Shown here piece by piece: positions 1 to 15,497 of a stretch of 64,000 nt of DNA. This DNA is from the human T2T-CHM13v2.0 reference genome, Homo sapiens. Under the pieces are notes generated by a model, which was given only the letters and a program-made list of their open reading frames with translations, ran no database searches and was not told where the DNA came from. The stretch's first letter is position 1; each line of letters starts with the position of its first letter. The position numbers and the translations under genes were made by a program. The stretch lies in the NCBI RefSeq assembly GCF_009914755.1, contig NC_060925.1; one strand, 5' to 3'.

Positions 1-1120
1 AGAAAGTTATCAAACAAGCATTAAAAGTCCATTGCTTAAAAATGAAGAAGTCTGGGGACTTGGATGTGAATCCCAGATACTTTACTAAGTCACTGTGAGA
101 CACTAATTGTTCACATCTTTCTGGGGCTTAGCTTTCTCATCTATGTTCCCTTTTAGCCCCAAGAGTATGCATGTTCCAATTCCTAAGCTCCCACTTTTTC
201 AGGCACATAAAACTGTTTGTATGGTACATAAAATGATGGCAAAATGTATGGACTACCTAATCAATGTACACATTAACCTAAATTGGCTATTGCAATGAAG
301 AAAACACAAAGGGAAAAACAAAGAAGTCTGGATGGGAAATCCAAGGTATTACAATTGACTCCAGAAAACAAAGGGTTGAAGCACAGGGTGGAGGGGGCTG
401 AAGCCATGTGGCTCAATGGCCATGTGAAAGAAACAGGCCAACCATTAGTCCCAGTTCACTCAGTGGGAGCCTGATACAGACGGCCCCACAGTGAAAGACG
501 GGTTAACAAAAGTCAAGAGCTCAGGATAAGATTCTTCTCTGGCGTATCAAGATCTTTGTTCTTGGTGCCACACCTCACCGGATACTGACAAAGCAAAGCA
601 GGCAATCCAGAGAAGTGGGAAGGCTCAAACCTATGTATTAAGAAGATCTGGAAAGATTGGGAATTTTAGGCATGAAGAAGAAAGACTCAGAAAGGACAAG
701 TCCCACATAAACTGCCATGTGGGAGGACATGGAACTTGTATTCTATGGCCACTGAGATTAGGTTGTAGGACTAAAGGAGAGAAGCTATAGCAAAGGGATT
801 AGGGCTTAATGAGGGAGGACTTTCTTCTGCATGTACTGCAGCAAGAATGAGGGAGGGGGATAGATGACCACTTTTCAGGGAGTTGGAAGAGATTCATTCT
901 TCCAAGGGATGGTCGGGCAAGACAGCCTCAAGGTCCTTCCTACCCCCAGAATCTCTGAGTCTCTGACCTAAACAAGGGATAGCAACATGGTGAGCAGTTG
1001 GTAGTTTGAAGCTTAAAATCTTTAAATGCAAAATTGAATTTAAATATTTTAAGCTTCAAACTACAAATACCAATTTCTTTAGGATTCAAGGGGATCTTCA
1101 TGCAGTAGACCTGGTTTTAA

Positions 1121-1534
<414 letters not shown>

Positions 1535-4119
1535 GGTCTTTAATTTCTAAGCTGCCAATTTCCATCTGGGCATACCCTGTAAAATGAGATTATATTGGAA
1601 CCTTCCTTAAAGGTTGTGTTGAGGATTAAACTAGTTAACACTTGTGGTAGGCTGTATTTTAATAAGCAAAAGAAGAGACAGCTTCATGTGGGATGTTTCA
1701 TTGGTAGAGAATTGTTCTGGGTTGTTACTTGTTCAAATTCCTCCTTTGCTGGCAAAAGGGGATAGAATCTGGGTTCCAGTGAGCTGCCTGTGTCCTGTGG
1801 GAGGTATGCTGAAAGAGGTAAGCCAAGAGGGTGAGTGAAAGCCAATGACCTTATGAAGGAGCATGCAGAGAATACAAACCAAGGAGACCAACTCCCAGGG
1901 CCAGTTCCATCTTCCATGGAACTGCAGATTCCAGCTTCCTTGTGTGAACTGGAAAAAAGGCACTGCTTGGTAGATGGGTGAATTGGGAGAGAAAAATAAA
2001 ACTACTCTGGATTGATACAGCCGAGCTCAAGGGCCCAGGGCTTTCCTGACTTCCCAAGCAGGGTATGGACTGGGTTGTAGCCGCCATTTTCCCATTGGCC
2101 AGGCAGCATTCCCAAGGGGACCAAAGATCAATGAACAGAAAAAATAACTAAGCCTTATTAGTAACAGCCGTTAGAGCTGCATGTGTATGAACTCATTTAT
2201 TTTCCCAAGAACCTTATGACATAAATGCTATTATGAGTCCCAATTTACAGATGAGGAAAACAGGGCAGAAGGAAGGTTGGATAATTTGCTCAAGGTCACC
2301 TAGCTGGGGAATGAAAGAGACAGGATTTGGACCCGGGACCCAATCTCTTAAACATTACACCCTACTGAGTCACATCCTAAGAGTGAGGAAATTTGGGGAA
2401 TGAGAGCAGAGGGTCTGAGACAACTTCAGTAAGTATCATTTTGGGGAGTGGAAAGTGGGGTATGTACCAGTTCATGGTTATCAATCTGGCCTGGCTTAAA
2501 GGAACAGATGTGAGCCTTGCCAGAGTAATTTAATTATAGCACTCCAAGGGCCCTCAGAACCAGTGACTTGCTAGGATCCCTGTCCACACAGCATAGAGAC
2601 AGGAAGAAGGGGGAGTGTGGGCTACCCAGACGTGCCTCTCCATGGTCCAGTGCCAGGCTCAGTGGCAGGCAGGCTGAGACACCTGCACACGTGGTGGGTA
2701 TCAGAGAAGGTGTGGGCATTACGTAATGATCTGCAGGGAGGGAGGAGACAGAGGGCTGCTCCCAAGGTCCCATTCCTCCTGCATTCAGTTGCAGGCAGTG
2801 CAGTTAGTTCATTGCAGGCAGCTCATGGCGCTCCATCAACCTGGTTCAAAGCAAGGTGTGGACATCAGGTGGCCTTGGGGCTGTCATACTGAACTTTCAG
2901 CCTGATGGAGACTGGGCTGGCAAGGAAGTCTGAGGCAGGGCAGTCAAATTCCATGGAGGCCCATTACAGTCCCTGGGAATTTTCCCAGTAAACCTTTGCC
3001 TATGGAGACTGAGGCACAGAGGTGGGAGAAAGAGACAGAGAGCCTTGCTGTGGCTGCCCCATCAGGGAGTATAATTACAGAGCTGGAAGGAACTTGGAGA
3101 TAATCTAATCCAATGATAGTCACACTGTGATCTGAGGAGCCCTGGGGTCTCAGAGCTGCCCCAGCAGAGGAGGGCGAGCCTGACAGACATCCAGCTTCAA
3201 ATAGAGCAGCTCCACTTTCATCTGACTTAGAGGTTGGGGGTCTATGTAAGATTTCATTTAGGAAAAATGAAATTGTGATGAAAAAAATAAACATTGAAAA
3301 AAACCACTGGATTAGTCCATCCTTCTCATATGATAGCATCCAAAACTCAGGCGGAGCCCCAGGCTAGGTAATTCTCTGAGCTAGATTTCCAGATAGTCCA
3401 TGGTCAGTGCATGTGTTCAGATGCTCTGTGCAGACAGCCTGTCACCCTCTGCGGCTCCATTGCCAGAATCTGAGGGGGTTTGATTTGCAGATCCTCATAC
3501 AAAAGCTTAGCAATCCTCTCCAGGGAGGTGTCTGGCCAAACCTTTTCTCTGACTCCCCAGGAGGGCGGTGCTCCCCTCTCTTCACACCCTCCATTGACTC
3601 TGTGTCATTCTTCCAAGGGAGCACACCTCCTGCCTCCCTCCGCTATCCATCTTCCATGGAACTGCGGATTCCAATTTAATGAGATGGGCTCCCAGTGGCC
3701 TCTTCTCACTCCATCCAGAGTTTCAAATTAAGTGCAAGGCAGTGAGCACAGAGGTCTTGGCTGGCTACCTGAAGGCATTTCCCCAAGGAGGATTGCAGAC
3801 CACTCTCAGGCAACAGGATGGCCTTCCCTCCTCAGTAGCAGCTCTGCAACTCCCTGGACAGAGCCCCCAGGGGCAATTAATAGCCTGACTGCCATGGTCT
3901 CTGCAGTGAAACTGCCCTTGCTACATCTGGACTAACAAAGGAGCAAAGACCCTATGTACCTTATCTGTACGTACCTCCAACAAGCTGCAGTCGACCAGAG
4001 GAGGGGAGGCCAGTTCCTCTCCCAAGGGTGCCACACACCCCTCCCTGTTCATCACCAGACAGGCCCTTCCTTCTTAGCCATATGCTAACCTTCTCCTCCC
4101 TGGGAAATTTCCTCTGCAG

Positions 4120-4271
4120 GAGCCAAAGCAGATGGGAGCTGGAGTTGCTGGAGCTCCTGGTCTGTATGCAGAGCAGGCATCCAGGAAAGGAGAAGAGAGT
4201 GTGACAATCCAGCACCTCAGAATGGAGGGGCCTCGTGTCCAGGGCGGAAAGTACAGACGCAGGCTTGCTGA
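4120..4271 (+). CDS. C8A: Complement C8 alpha chain, last coding exon (C-terminal TSP1 domain); upstream exons lie outside the window
   Basis: Acceptor tttcctctgcAG (4118-4119), then phase-1 exon (G)[52 protein letters not shown] (4269-4271). Has the WxxWxxW TSP1 motif and matches the C8 alpha C-terminus. Confidence 0.97.
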
Positions 4272-4536
4272 GGGCCTCTGGACACAGGCTGGACCAGATG
4301 CTGTGGATGTCGACCCCTGCACTGACTATTGGATAAAGACTTCTTTCAACTAAGAGAAGATGCAAATCAGCACACTTTTTTCTTTGTTCTGCCAGCTTCC
4401 AGGCCTAAGACTAGGTTTTGCTGTCTACAGCCAACTATTCTATTAGTTACAAAACTCAATCATTTTATTCAGCAACTGGATGTTGACTGTTAACTAGAAG
4501 CTCTGTCCTACTTACAGCACTTTGGATCATCAAAAA

Positions 4537-4644
4537 AATAAAGTAAAATAGAAAACTGAGAAAACTCAATCCATGACCAGGGAGAACTTACAGGATGTTA
4601 GAGACAAAACAAGCAGACACCTGAAACAATCAACGCCCAATAAA
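4537..4644 (+). terminator. C8A: Candidate C8A polyadenylation signals (AATAAA at 4537-4542 and 4639-4644)
   Basis: Two AATAAA hexamers 266 and 368 nt after the stop. Actual cleavage sites cannot be determined from sequence alone. Confidence 0.55.
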
Positions 4645-4923
4645 ACAAAGTAGGATGAAAATTCTCTTAGTTCTTTGATAACAATTTGTTCACTCATAGA
4701 AACATTATTAATTGGTAGGGTAAGCAGACACTCTGAAACAATGAGAAAAATACTAAAAATTGACTTGAGTTATTTCAATTTGCCTTCATTTGAACTCGTT
4801 TATTAATTCAATTAATCTCTCTAGTTCCCTTAAGTTCTTACCACAAATGTGACATTTCTCCTGATTATTTTCTCATGGAACACTTCTTTTCCTACATTGC
4901 AATTTTCACAACTAGTAATTATA

Positions 4924-5283
4924 TTATCTTAGTCTATTTGGGCTGCTATAACAAAAAGCCATAAACTAGGTGGCTTATCAACAACAGAAATTTATTTCTC
5001 ACAGTTCTGGAGGCTGGGAAGTCCAATATCAAGGCAGATTCAGTGTCTGGTGAGGGCCCACTTCTTAGTTTTTACAGGACTGTCTTACTGCTGTGTCCTT
5101 ACATGGCAGAAGGGGCTAGGCAGTCTCTTAGGTCCCTTCTTTAAGGGCACTAATCCCATTCATTAGGGCTCCATTCTCATGACCTAGTCACTTCCCAAAT
5201 TTCCCACCTCCTCATGCCATCACTTTGGGGTTAGAATTTCAACATATGAATTTTGAAGGGACACAAATGTTCAGATCATAGCA
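4924..5283. mobile_element. MaLR solo LTR (MLT1A-like)
   Basis: gggctgctataacaaaa...ctcacagttctggaggctgggaagtcc...aagggcactaatcccattcat, typical of MLT1. Confidence 0.75.
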
Positions 5284-6487
5284 TATATATTTAATCCCAC
5301 ATCTCCTGTGACTATGTAAGACCTATCTCTTCCTAAGAGATAATAATCTTGAGGGCAGAAGTCAGGCTTCTTTTGTTTAGCACTGTAGCCCCGGAGGTCA
5401 GGCTTGTGCCTTAAATGTAGCAGGGACTTAGTAAGTAGCTGTGATTAAATAAGTGAATGAATTGAAGAGTCAGTTCATAGATGAGGTACACATTGGTCAG
5501 CCTCCCAGAGTGGAGAGTGGATTTGAAGAGGCCAACTAGTGACGATCAATCCGCCTTCTCTGACCCATCTCTAGGGGAGGCCAATCACACCAGCCAGCCT
5601 CAGAATCCCACAGCCCTCCAGTCATGCCTCAAATAGAGAACATGTTAGGTAGCACTGAATTTTCTGTTTATCCATCAGTTTCCCCTATTAGATTTTGAGC
5701 TCCTTGAAGGCCAAATCTACAATCCTAGTGTATAGTAGGTACTCAAGAAATGTCTGGTGACTAACATATATATTGATGCTTCAAGTCATTCCAGAGTCCT
5801 CAATCTTGTTAAAGTCAGAATAAGAATTATGTACCTGAAACAACTAGAGGAGGTTTTAGGGAAATTAATTGTTGAGTTAATGCTAAAATATGTAGCACAC
5901 AAAGTAAGTGCTGAAGGAGGCCAGGTGGGAGAGAGATTTACCTTTCCATTACTGTGTATATTGTGGATGGCATGGGGATTGCCCCAGGCCCTGAAGGACT
6001 TTTCAACTAGGCAAACTGGGAGGAGATCTCTCAGACAGAAATTCGGCATGAGACAAAGTCTGAAAGTGAGAAAGACATTTGGGGGTGCATGCAGGTGCGT
6101 ATGTGTCAGGAAAGGGGAGTGAGGAAAATAATGCATGTAAATAAAATAAGGCATATAAAACACTTGGCACTATGCCTGTCATACAGGACATTATTACCCT
6201 CATGCTTATCGTCATCATTATTAAGACTATTATTAATTAAAGAATGTGATTTAGAAGTTAATTTCTGAACTCTTTAGATCTTCTACCTGAAAGAAGAAAA
6301 AAAACTCTCCTATTGCTTTTCATCCTGTCATTAATTTGCTTTTTACTTTTTAACTTACATTAATAATTAACCTACATTCATTATTTACTGAGTAGTGGCA
6401 GTTACATGCTAGAAAGTGACCAAGGGCCAAATATGCCAGGCCACGTGGGCACTTTAAAGAGAACGTTTGATCTTGACCTAAAAAAAC

Positions 6488-6975
<488 letters not shown>

Positions 6976-9026
6976 TCCTGAGAGTGGAGGAATCATTATA
7001 CCTGCATGGGGAATGGGGTCTGTGACAAAACAAAAAGGCAGGGACAGTAAAGTTATTTGTGCTATTTTAACTAGTCTTATGCAAGATCTCTTAAGGTTTG
7101 TTTTCTATGTCCTATTGTGCAGCCAAGAAACTGAATCTCAGCAAGGTTGAGCCTCACGGGTCACAGAGCAGGCCAGGGTTTGAATGCGTCACATCAAACA
7201 CACGCTTCCATTTCCTCCACCCACCCTTTGCTCTTGTCTGCTGGTGGAGGGATTTGGAGAATAGTGTGTGGGGCACAGGGGAGGGGAGGAAACCAGAGGC
7301 AGGGAGGCTCATCAGGAGGTAAGTGTAGTAATCTGGGCAAAAGATGAGAACTTTGAGATTAAGTAATTGCCTGGATCATCTGTGAGCCAAAACCACCAGC
7401 TGAGCAATGCTGTCTTCCTGTCTTCTGAGCCAGAGAACCCAAGCCAGCATCTGTCCCACTCCTCTGAGGATGCTACATCCCCAAAAGCTTTACAAATTAA
7501 AATACAGTGGCAGTTTCAAGCATAGCAACCCTTTATTACATCAGCAGCTTTCCCTCTTCAAGAATGACTGGCTCTCACAAAGCAAAAAGCATAAAACTCA
7601 TCCAATGCATTTTCCCTTAGGTCTTTTAAGAAGATCTATAATCTAAGGTTTTATAGGTAGTGGGTGTAAATACATGGTTTAAAGATATAATCTTCAGCTT
7701 GACAAGGTGTCTTTTGAAAAGTAAATTAATGACAGAATAAAAAGCAATAAGGAGAGGCTTTTTTCTTTTTTTTTTCTTTGTGAGAAAGGAAGATCTAAAG
7801 AGTTCAGCACTCAATGAATCTCTTCTGAACTATATGCCTTTAGGGTGAAGAAAATGGACAGAGAGAAAGGGTAGGCTTCAAAAGCCACATTGCAGAAATG
7901 AGAGATGGCAAAGTGAAGCCACTGAGTGCCATGAGAGGAAGGGGATGTGATACGGATTAGAGGAAAGGCATGAAGAAAATTTATGGTGATACTCCTTCAC
8001 ATCAGAAATGGGCAAAATACTCTCTGGAGATCTCTTGTGCAGGCCCCATGCTGGGTGCTGGAGGTTCAGAAATGGATCAGACATGGTCCCATCCCTGGAA
8101 GAATGCAGCCTGGTAAAGGAGAGCTGTGAACAATGGCAATAGGTCCCAGGCAGCAGGAAGCCCAGGGACCTGTGGGGGATAACCAGCTGTGGGAGCAGGG
8201 CAGGCAGCCAGGACATGGCCAGCAGAATCTCAGACACAATGAGAGTTGGAGCATCAAAGAAAGCAGAAGGAGGGGCACGATTGTGCAGGGGAAATGTGCA
8301 AAGTAACAGAGCTGGAAAACCAGGAGATAGAGTGTGGGGCAATTTTTGCTCAGCTCTTTGGGTAATGGTGCTGGAATTTGTCAGGCTGGAGATGACTGAG
8401 TTTGGAATTCCAGTTTGGTCACTGGGCCTTTCCTGAGGGGAGCCAGTTCTTGGTCCCAGGGAGATTCCCACAGACAGCCCCTTTTCTGATTACCCTGGGG
8501 TACTCTTGGGCTTTCAGCAAGCCCACAGCTGTTGTTATAAAGGCCATGGATTTGAAACTGGATTCATAAAGCACATCTCTGAGGCTGATGTACCCCTCCA
8601 CCTTTATCTCTGTTCAGACTTTATGAGCCAATTGTGCGAGAAATCTATTGTCCCTGACATGAGGAACAAAGCTCTGTGTGACGAGCCCTTGGCTCCCTTT
8701 CATGTCCTTCCCTTCAGTTCTTCCCTCAATCATGCTCCTCCAGCCATGCAGGCCCTTTTGCCATTCCTCATGCACACCAGGCCCTCCCCTCCTCAGGACC
8801 TTTGCACCTGCTGTCCTCTCTGCCTGAGATGTTCACCATCTAAATGAGCTCATCCACAGCTCACTTCCTCATTTCATTCAAGTCTTTGCTCAAGCGTCAC
8901 CTCTGCAAAGACATTCTCTGTGCACCCTATGTAAAGAGGCTCACCCTTTTCATTGATTTTTCTCATACAGAATTACCGTTACCTGACATTATAGATTTGT
9001 TTATTTGTTCTTTTTTTCTTCTCATA

Positions 9027-9390
9027 TGTTATGGACTGCATGTTTGTGTACCCCCAAATTCCTATGTTGAAATCCTAATCCCTAATGGGATGGTATTAGG
9101 AAGTGGGGCCTCTGGGAGTGCTTAGGTCATGAAGATGGAGTCCTCTTGATGGGATTAGTGCCCTTATAAGGAGAGACACCAGAGAGCTTGCTTCTCTCTG
9201 CAATCTGCTATGTGAGGATACAAGAAGATAGTGGTCTGCAAACCAGAAAGAGTGACTCATCAGACACTGAATGGGCTGGCACCTTGCTCTTGGACTTGCC
9301 AGCCTCCAGAACTGGGAGAAATAAATGTCTGTTGTTTAAGCCACCCAGTCTATTGTATTCTTCTATAGCAGCCTGAAACAACTAAGACAG
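9027..9390. mobile_element. MaLR solo LTR (MLT1-like)
   Basis: tgttatggactg...gttgaaatcctaa...cagcctccagaactg...aataaa...ctaagaca; TG...CA ends. Confidence 0.8.
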
Positions 9391-9503
9391 TATGACTCCC
9401 CCCATTATTAAGCAAGACTTTTCACGGTTAGATCCCCAGTACCAAATAGTATTTAGCCTTAGTAGGGGTGCAGTAAATGTTTATTGAATTAAAGAACTAT
9501 TTC

Positions 9504-9790
9504 TGCCACGCGCGGTGGCTCATGCCTATAATCCCAGCACTTTGGGAGTCTGAGGCGGGCGGATCACTTGGGGTCAGGAGTTCAAGACCAATCTGGCCAA
9601 CATGGTGAAACCCTGTCTCTACTAAAAATACAAAAATTAGCTGCGTGTGGCGGCGGGCGCTTATAATCCCAGCTACTCGGGAGGCTGAGGCACGAGAATC
9701 ACTTGAACCCAGGAGACAGAGGTTGCAGTGAGCCTAGATCACACCACTGCACTCCAGCCTGGGCAACAGAGGGAGACTCTCTAAAAAAAA
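9504..9790 (+). mobile_element. Alu (Sx-like)
   Basis: Full dimer with A tail; TSD aaagaactatttc on both sides. Confidence 0.95.
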
Positions 9791-12700
9791 AGAACTATTT
9801 CCAATTTAGTTCCCCAAATAGGTCAGGCCTTTTATTGCCTACAGCTTTTGCACATACTGCTCCTAGAAGAACTACCCCACTCCCACTTCTCAGCTCTCAT
9901 CTTCTAGCCACTCACCAGCACTTTCCCGGGAATAGGTTAGGTGTCCGTTCATCCAGAAAACCAACCTTGACCCCTTCCATTACCCCACACTTCATCAGGT
10001 CCTCCTCCCTCACGTAGCTCTGTATTCTAGCATTTTTCCATGCTCCATCCCTGTAGCCTAGTTGTGTGTCTACCCCACCCAGTGACTTCTTGCAGGGCAA
10101 GTGGGGAATCCTATTTACTGTTGAAGCCCTAGCACCTAGCATCATACTTGGTACATAGGAATTTTCCAGAGAAAGTTTGTTGGCTGCTGTTGTCTCTGGT
10201 TTCTCTGTGCTGGAGGTAAAGACTCTAGAATGGTTTTTGTGTCTAGCCTGCAGAAACTCATGAGAGGGAACCTAATGAAAGACACTTTCACAGGACTCCT
10301 GAGTCCTGCAACCTTCTTGGTATGTCAGAGGACAGCCGAGCCCACGTCGTTCCTGAAGGCTGCACAAATTCAAGAGACAGCCCACCTTTTTCACCTTAGT
10401 GAAGGGAAGTCCATCAAATCGAGTTAAAAATTCCTCATTCATGGCCTTAGAATTTCCCCTGGGAGAGATAAAGGAAAATATGTTTTCCTTCTATATTAAC
10501 AGCTTAAAATGTGAGATAAATCCTCCCTTCCTAACCTGTTTTTAATAAATGGACTCTGCTGACCAGTGGCATGATACATGTCTGACAGATCTATTTATCC
10601 ATTCTATTTCTTTAGAGATAAGCAGCTAAGAAGTTTTATCTATGATTTGTCTCCCTCCCCCATTCCCATTTTCCTAAGCAAGCATGTGGAGCAAGCATTT
10701 GATGGATGGGCGGTGTTTGGGATAAAAGGGGCCAGAATCAGATAGTTTTCAGTATGTGAGCAAACTGGCTTATTAACAAGGAGTCATCTGGCAGGAGGTG
10801 GTGAGGGAAGGAGGAGTGGATACAAACAATGGCCAATGATGGATGAAGGAACACCTGGGGTTGCAAGGTGTAGACTTGAGATAACTGGTGGATGCAGCCA
10901 ATAGCGATAATGGGAGTGCCCAGGCTCCGGCACGGCCTGCTACACAGAGGTGAATGTCAGACTAGCCACTTGACTCCCTTTGACAATCCTCCGAGAATTC
11001 CCTACTGCAAATGCAATCACCATTTCTTTTCATTTTTCTTTTTGTAAAATATATCCACCTACTCAAAGAGACAGATGCTAGGCAGGGTAAAAAGAGGCAG
11101 AAGTTAGGCAAGACTGTTTTGTTCAGCACCCAAGAATGTTAATCCTCAGAGTTGTGCCCTGAAGATTAACAGCCTCATTTTCTGATGAGGACACTGAGGC
11201 CAAGAAAGGAAAAGTGACTTGATTCAAGGCACACAGCTAGGAAGTAATGGCGTTGGGTGTTACACCTGTCTGTCTATTGCAAAGCCTTCCAAACCTGCTC
11301 AGTTTCTCCGCTGCAGGGATGTCAGACCAAGGGCCTTTCTCTGCCCCTTCTATGTAAGCAGGCAGGTGGGTATTTGCTCTACGGATGAAGCTGGATCTGC
11401 CTCTGCTGTTGTGGGAGACATGAGGACAGAGGCTGCAGCTCTTGGACTAAGCTCTGCTGCTTTCAAGCTGTGTGGTCTTGGGCAAATCACTCAGGTTCTC
11501 CGAGGCTCTGTCTCATCACCTGTCAAAGGCAGATAATGAATCCTTCCTGTTGCAGGCATTGAGAGGATTAAGCTGGATTAGGTATGTGAAAGTTCTTTGT
11601 AACAGGTAATGCCCTCGGCAAATATTAGTTATTATGCTGATACATTTTTTCTTAATAACCCAGAGCTTGGGATATAAAAACCCTCCATGTCCTTTATTAA
11701 GACATTCCCTAGGAGCTAAGCTATTTTATGTCTTTTTGTTCTTGTATGATATAGTGGGTTTTGCACTGAAATGTCTTTAAAGCAGTTTTAAATGGCTTAA
11801 AAAATAACCAACCTGTGGTTCTTGTTGATGTTTTGAAAATCCCTGGAAATGATGATAGTAATGACATAGCTAATTGTGGAATGCTTACTAGGTTCAGGGT
11901 GCTTTCCTAAATGCAGTAATTCACATAATGTTTACAAAACCCCAGGAGGCTGACACTGCCACCATCCCCATCTCACAGATGAGGAAATGGAGACACAGAC
12001 AGGTACATAACTTGTATAAGGCCACAAGGTAGTAAGTCACAGAGCCAGGCTTCAAATGTCAGCAGTCTGGCTTCTAAGCACTATGCTATTTGGCCTCTCT
12101 CTATGCTGTCCTTCCAGTTTTGCCTAAGAGGTTGTGACAACACCCCCCATTATCTCTATAAACAGATCCCTGAGTTTCTGAATACCTCACTATCGGAATC
12201 TGGCCTAACATTTAAGAATGGTAACTCAAAGAGGAAAACACAATATAGAAAGATCTGATTTCATGCCAACATTCAATAAACAGGGAATCTCAAAGACCTA
12301 ACATGCACTATGGTAATGTGTTGCCATTAGGTTTTTTGTGGCCATTCTAGGTTTAAAACTAATGTAGAGATGAGAACACTGAGGGTGAAGCAGAATGTGG
12401 GAAGATGATTTTTTTAAGTTCCTCTTTCCTACCTCTGCCACATAGTAGGTAGGCCTTTTAAAATCTCTTGAGCCTTGGTTTTCTCATTAACCTGTAAATG
12501 TGCTTCTCAGGTTTACTCCACCAATAATTGCAGAGTTTTTGTTCCCTTCCTTGGTAAAGCTTCCTTGGGGATTCCTGGCTGTCCCCAGGAGGTGTCAACA
12601 ATACCACCTCCAAACAGGTATTATCACTCCCTTCATGACATCAGCTGTTTTTTCTTCCCTTTTATTTCACTTTGCTCTTGCACTGCTGCCCACAAAGCCA

Positions 12701-15450
12701 GTTGAAGGTGCCTATCCTTCACTACTACGTGGGTTGCCCCTACCCTAGGGGTTGCTCTGCCCCTACTCTCATGATGCCACTATCATGTACCACAAATTCA
12801 CTAAAGGTTCTCACCAGCATGAGAAAGTTCTTCCCTAGGCCCTACTCATTCCTTTCATTAATTCATTAATTACCCAATTATTTATTGATGGTCTACTTGT
12901 GCCAGTCACTAAACTTAGAAGTTGGGATATATTAGCACAGTAGACACTGTCCCTCTTTCATGGATGCTATATTTGAGATAGAATAAGCAACAAGTAAATT
13001 ATACAATGTCTGCAAAGTCTAGAAACATTGGTGGGTAGGCACGATGTCATTAAGGACATCTTCAATCTGTAAAACAAAATATTTTCTCCATTTTCAGACT
13101 TTCAGACTTACCTCTATTGTGATGGTGGAAGTACAGAGTGAAATGAAAACAGAGAGAGTAGACATCTCTCTCTTAACGTAATGGAAGCAAGGAAGGCTGT
13201 AGGAAAGAAGAGACAGCTGAGACCTGGAGGATGAATGAGGAACTGGCTTCAACAGGAGGGTGAGTGGTGGGGCTGCTGCGTGCAAGATCCTATGGCCAGT
13301 ATGTTTTTCCACCAAGGTGCAGATCATGAAGGTCCTGAGGGATGCCAGGCTGATGTCCCCAAGGGCATTCTGTGCCAGGCCCACTTTCTCCTGAGGACTT
13401 TTTTTTATAAGTACCTGGGAGCAGGCCAGAGTCCTCTTCTTTAAGACAGAGATGACTTTTCCTTCTATCTGGATTCTCTGCCAGCAAGTGCTCTTTCTCC
13501 TGACCTCTGTATCCCATCCTGACTTCTATAGTTGACTCATTAGTCATAAGGATTGAGTTTCCATTTGAAACTTTCTCTACCTGTCATCCAATGATTGTAT
13601 TAATATCTACCCTATGAAATTCAGATGAAGATTAAATAAGATAATGTAGGTTAAAAGACTTCATAAACTGGGAAGCACTCTATAATTGGCAGCTATTATT
13701 ATTATTACTATTGTTAAACTAATTATAATAATTATTATTCCCATAGAAATTATGTTATTAGTCCAAGGTCACATGGAAAGCCTCCCACCTGGACATTAAG
13801 CACATGAAGCTAAAAGCATTTTAAAGATTTATGCTCTGGGATGCAAAAATCTCCCACATCCAGGCATCTTGTGCTGTGTTCAAGCTTCCAGGACCACAGC
13901 CAAACTGTCCTGCCTGGACTCTGCCCCTCGAATACTGCAGCTCCTTCACTGGTACACCAGTGAAAGCCACAGTTGCCAAGATTTTCCAAAAGCACGGTTT
14001 GCATTTATTTTGTTTAATTCTTACATTGTGTTTCAGCCTCCTCCAAAATGCATTTGTTTGCAGAAAGAGCCACGTGGGGAAGTTCAGCCCACAAATAAGA
14101 ATATAATTATTACACAGTTTAGCGATGCCTGGGCGTCACCCGGGTATTCACCGGTGCTCCAAAATTCAATTGTCTCTCCTTCAAGACCGTATTTAATAGG
14201 ATAAACAATTTCTGCTAAATGCAATAAATGTGAACCTGGGCTGTCATCTCCATAATCAACTCAAATTTCCCATTAGAAACAGTGGCTGTGATTGAGATTC
14301 AGAATTTAATTTGGCAGCGCTCGCTTCAACATGCTAGTGTCAACTTCATGGGAGCCTCCCATCAACCAAAGACAGAATCGCTCTTCCCTGTCTCAGGGGA
14401 ATCTTAAAAGAGATAGATTATAACTCAAGAAAATTATGCGGCTTCAGTATAATGAAAGAGATAAAACATTATTGGATTATCCTGTTGAAATAACAGCAGA
14501 CGGCAAAGCAATAATAATAAACCAAACAAGGGCCCAGACCCATCAGCTGAATTGCAGGGGCCATGGGGATGCGGGAAGGCAGGCAGGATCACCATACTTG
14601 CTGGAAGAACCCCTAGAAGTACAATAGCAGCTCCTTCTGATGGCTGTTCTATGGACCCAATTCCAGATAGCTGGTTGGGTGAGATTGCTGTGTGCCAGTA
14701 ACCAAAGCTTGGTGTCATGTTAAGGTCTCAGGCCCCAGCGTCAAACCCAGTGGTAAACTCCAAGCAGATGATTTGGCTGAAAATCAATGGGTTGAATCAA
14801 CAGGATGAACCAATTCACCTTTAACCAACTGCTTTTTTACCCCACCAACTTTATTTCAAGAAATTCACCTGAAGTACTTAAATCAGACAGGAGGGGCCCA
14901 AGAGCAAAGAAAATCTTACAGGATGTTTTAATACGATTGAATGAATGAGAGAAATAAAGCTTAAATGCTCACTTGACAATCTAGAAAATTAAAATTTTAT
15001 TTCTGGTAGCCCAGAGAAAAATTGTCTTCTTATTCTCTTCTTCAAGCCTTCCGCCCTCCCCCCAAAATGGTATTTGCACAAGAGCATAAGTGAGCAAAGT
15101 AGAATGTACAGTTTCATGGGGGAGGTAGGGAACAGTTTACCTTGCACATTACCCCACAGCCATCAACTTAAAATTCTCTTTCACGTGTTTCCTCTTCCAG
15201 CCACCATGATCTTCTCTTCTTTTTCAACTTTCTCTTCTTCAGGGATCAGTTTCCCTGGCTCTTTTCTCCAGCTCAGGATCTTCCCTGGGAACCCACCTTG
15301 CCACTCCTTTATTAAGCACAACAATTCCACTCTGCCCCAGAACTCCTGCTTCCAACATGCACAACCACACCCTTCCTATGCTCAGCATCAAAGTGAGCTG
15401 GGGAATCAGGATCCTCTCTCCTCAGAAGGGAGTGGCTGGAGATTTGTCAA

Positions 15451-15451
<1 letters not shown>

Positions 15452-15489
<38 letters not shown>

Positions 15490-15497
15490 CACACACA
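15452..15497. repeat. (CA)n microsatellite
   Basis: About 22 CA units with one CG interruption. Confidence 0.95.

Noticed and set aside
3961-4365. ORFs of 134, 82 and 73 aa over the C8A last exon
   Set aside because: Antisense or out-of-frame shadows of the real exon; the true frame is the TSP1 reading from 4122.
7878-8471. Longest ORF in the track (197 aa, - strand)
   Set aside because: No recognisable domain, overlaps degenerate L2-like sequence, and has no supporting gene structure; probably a chance ORF.
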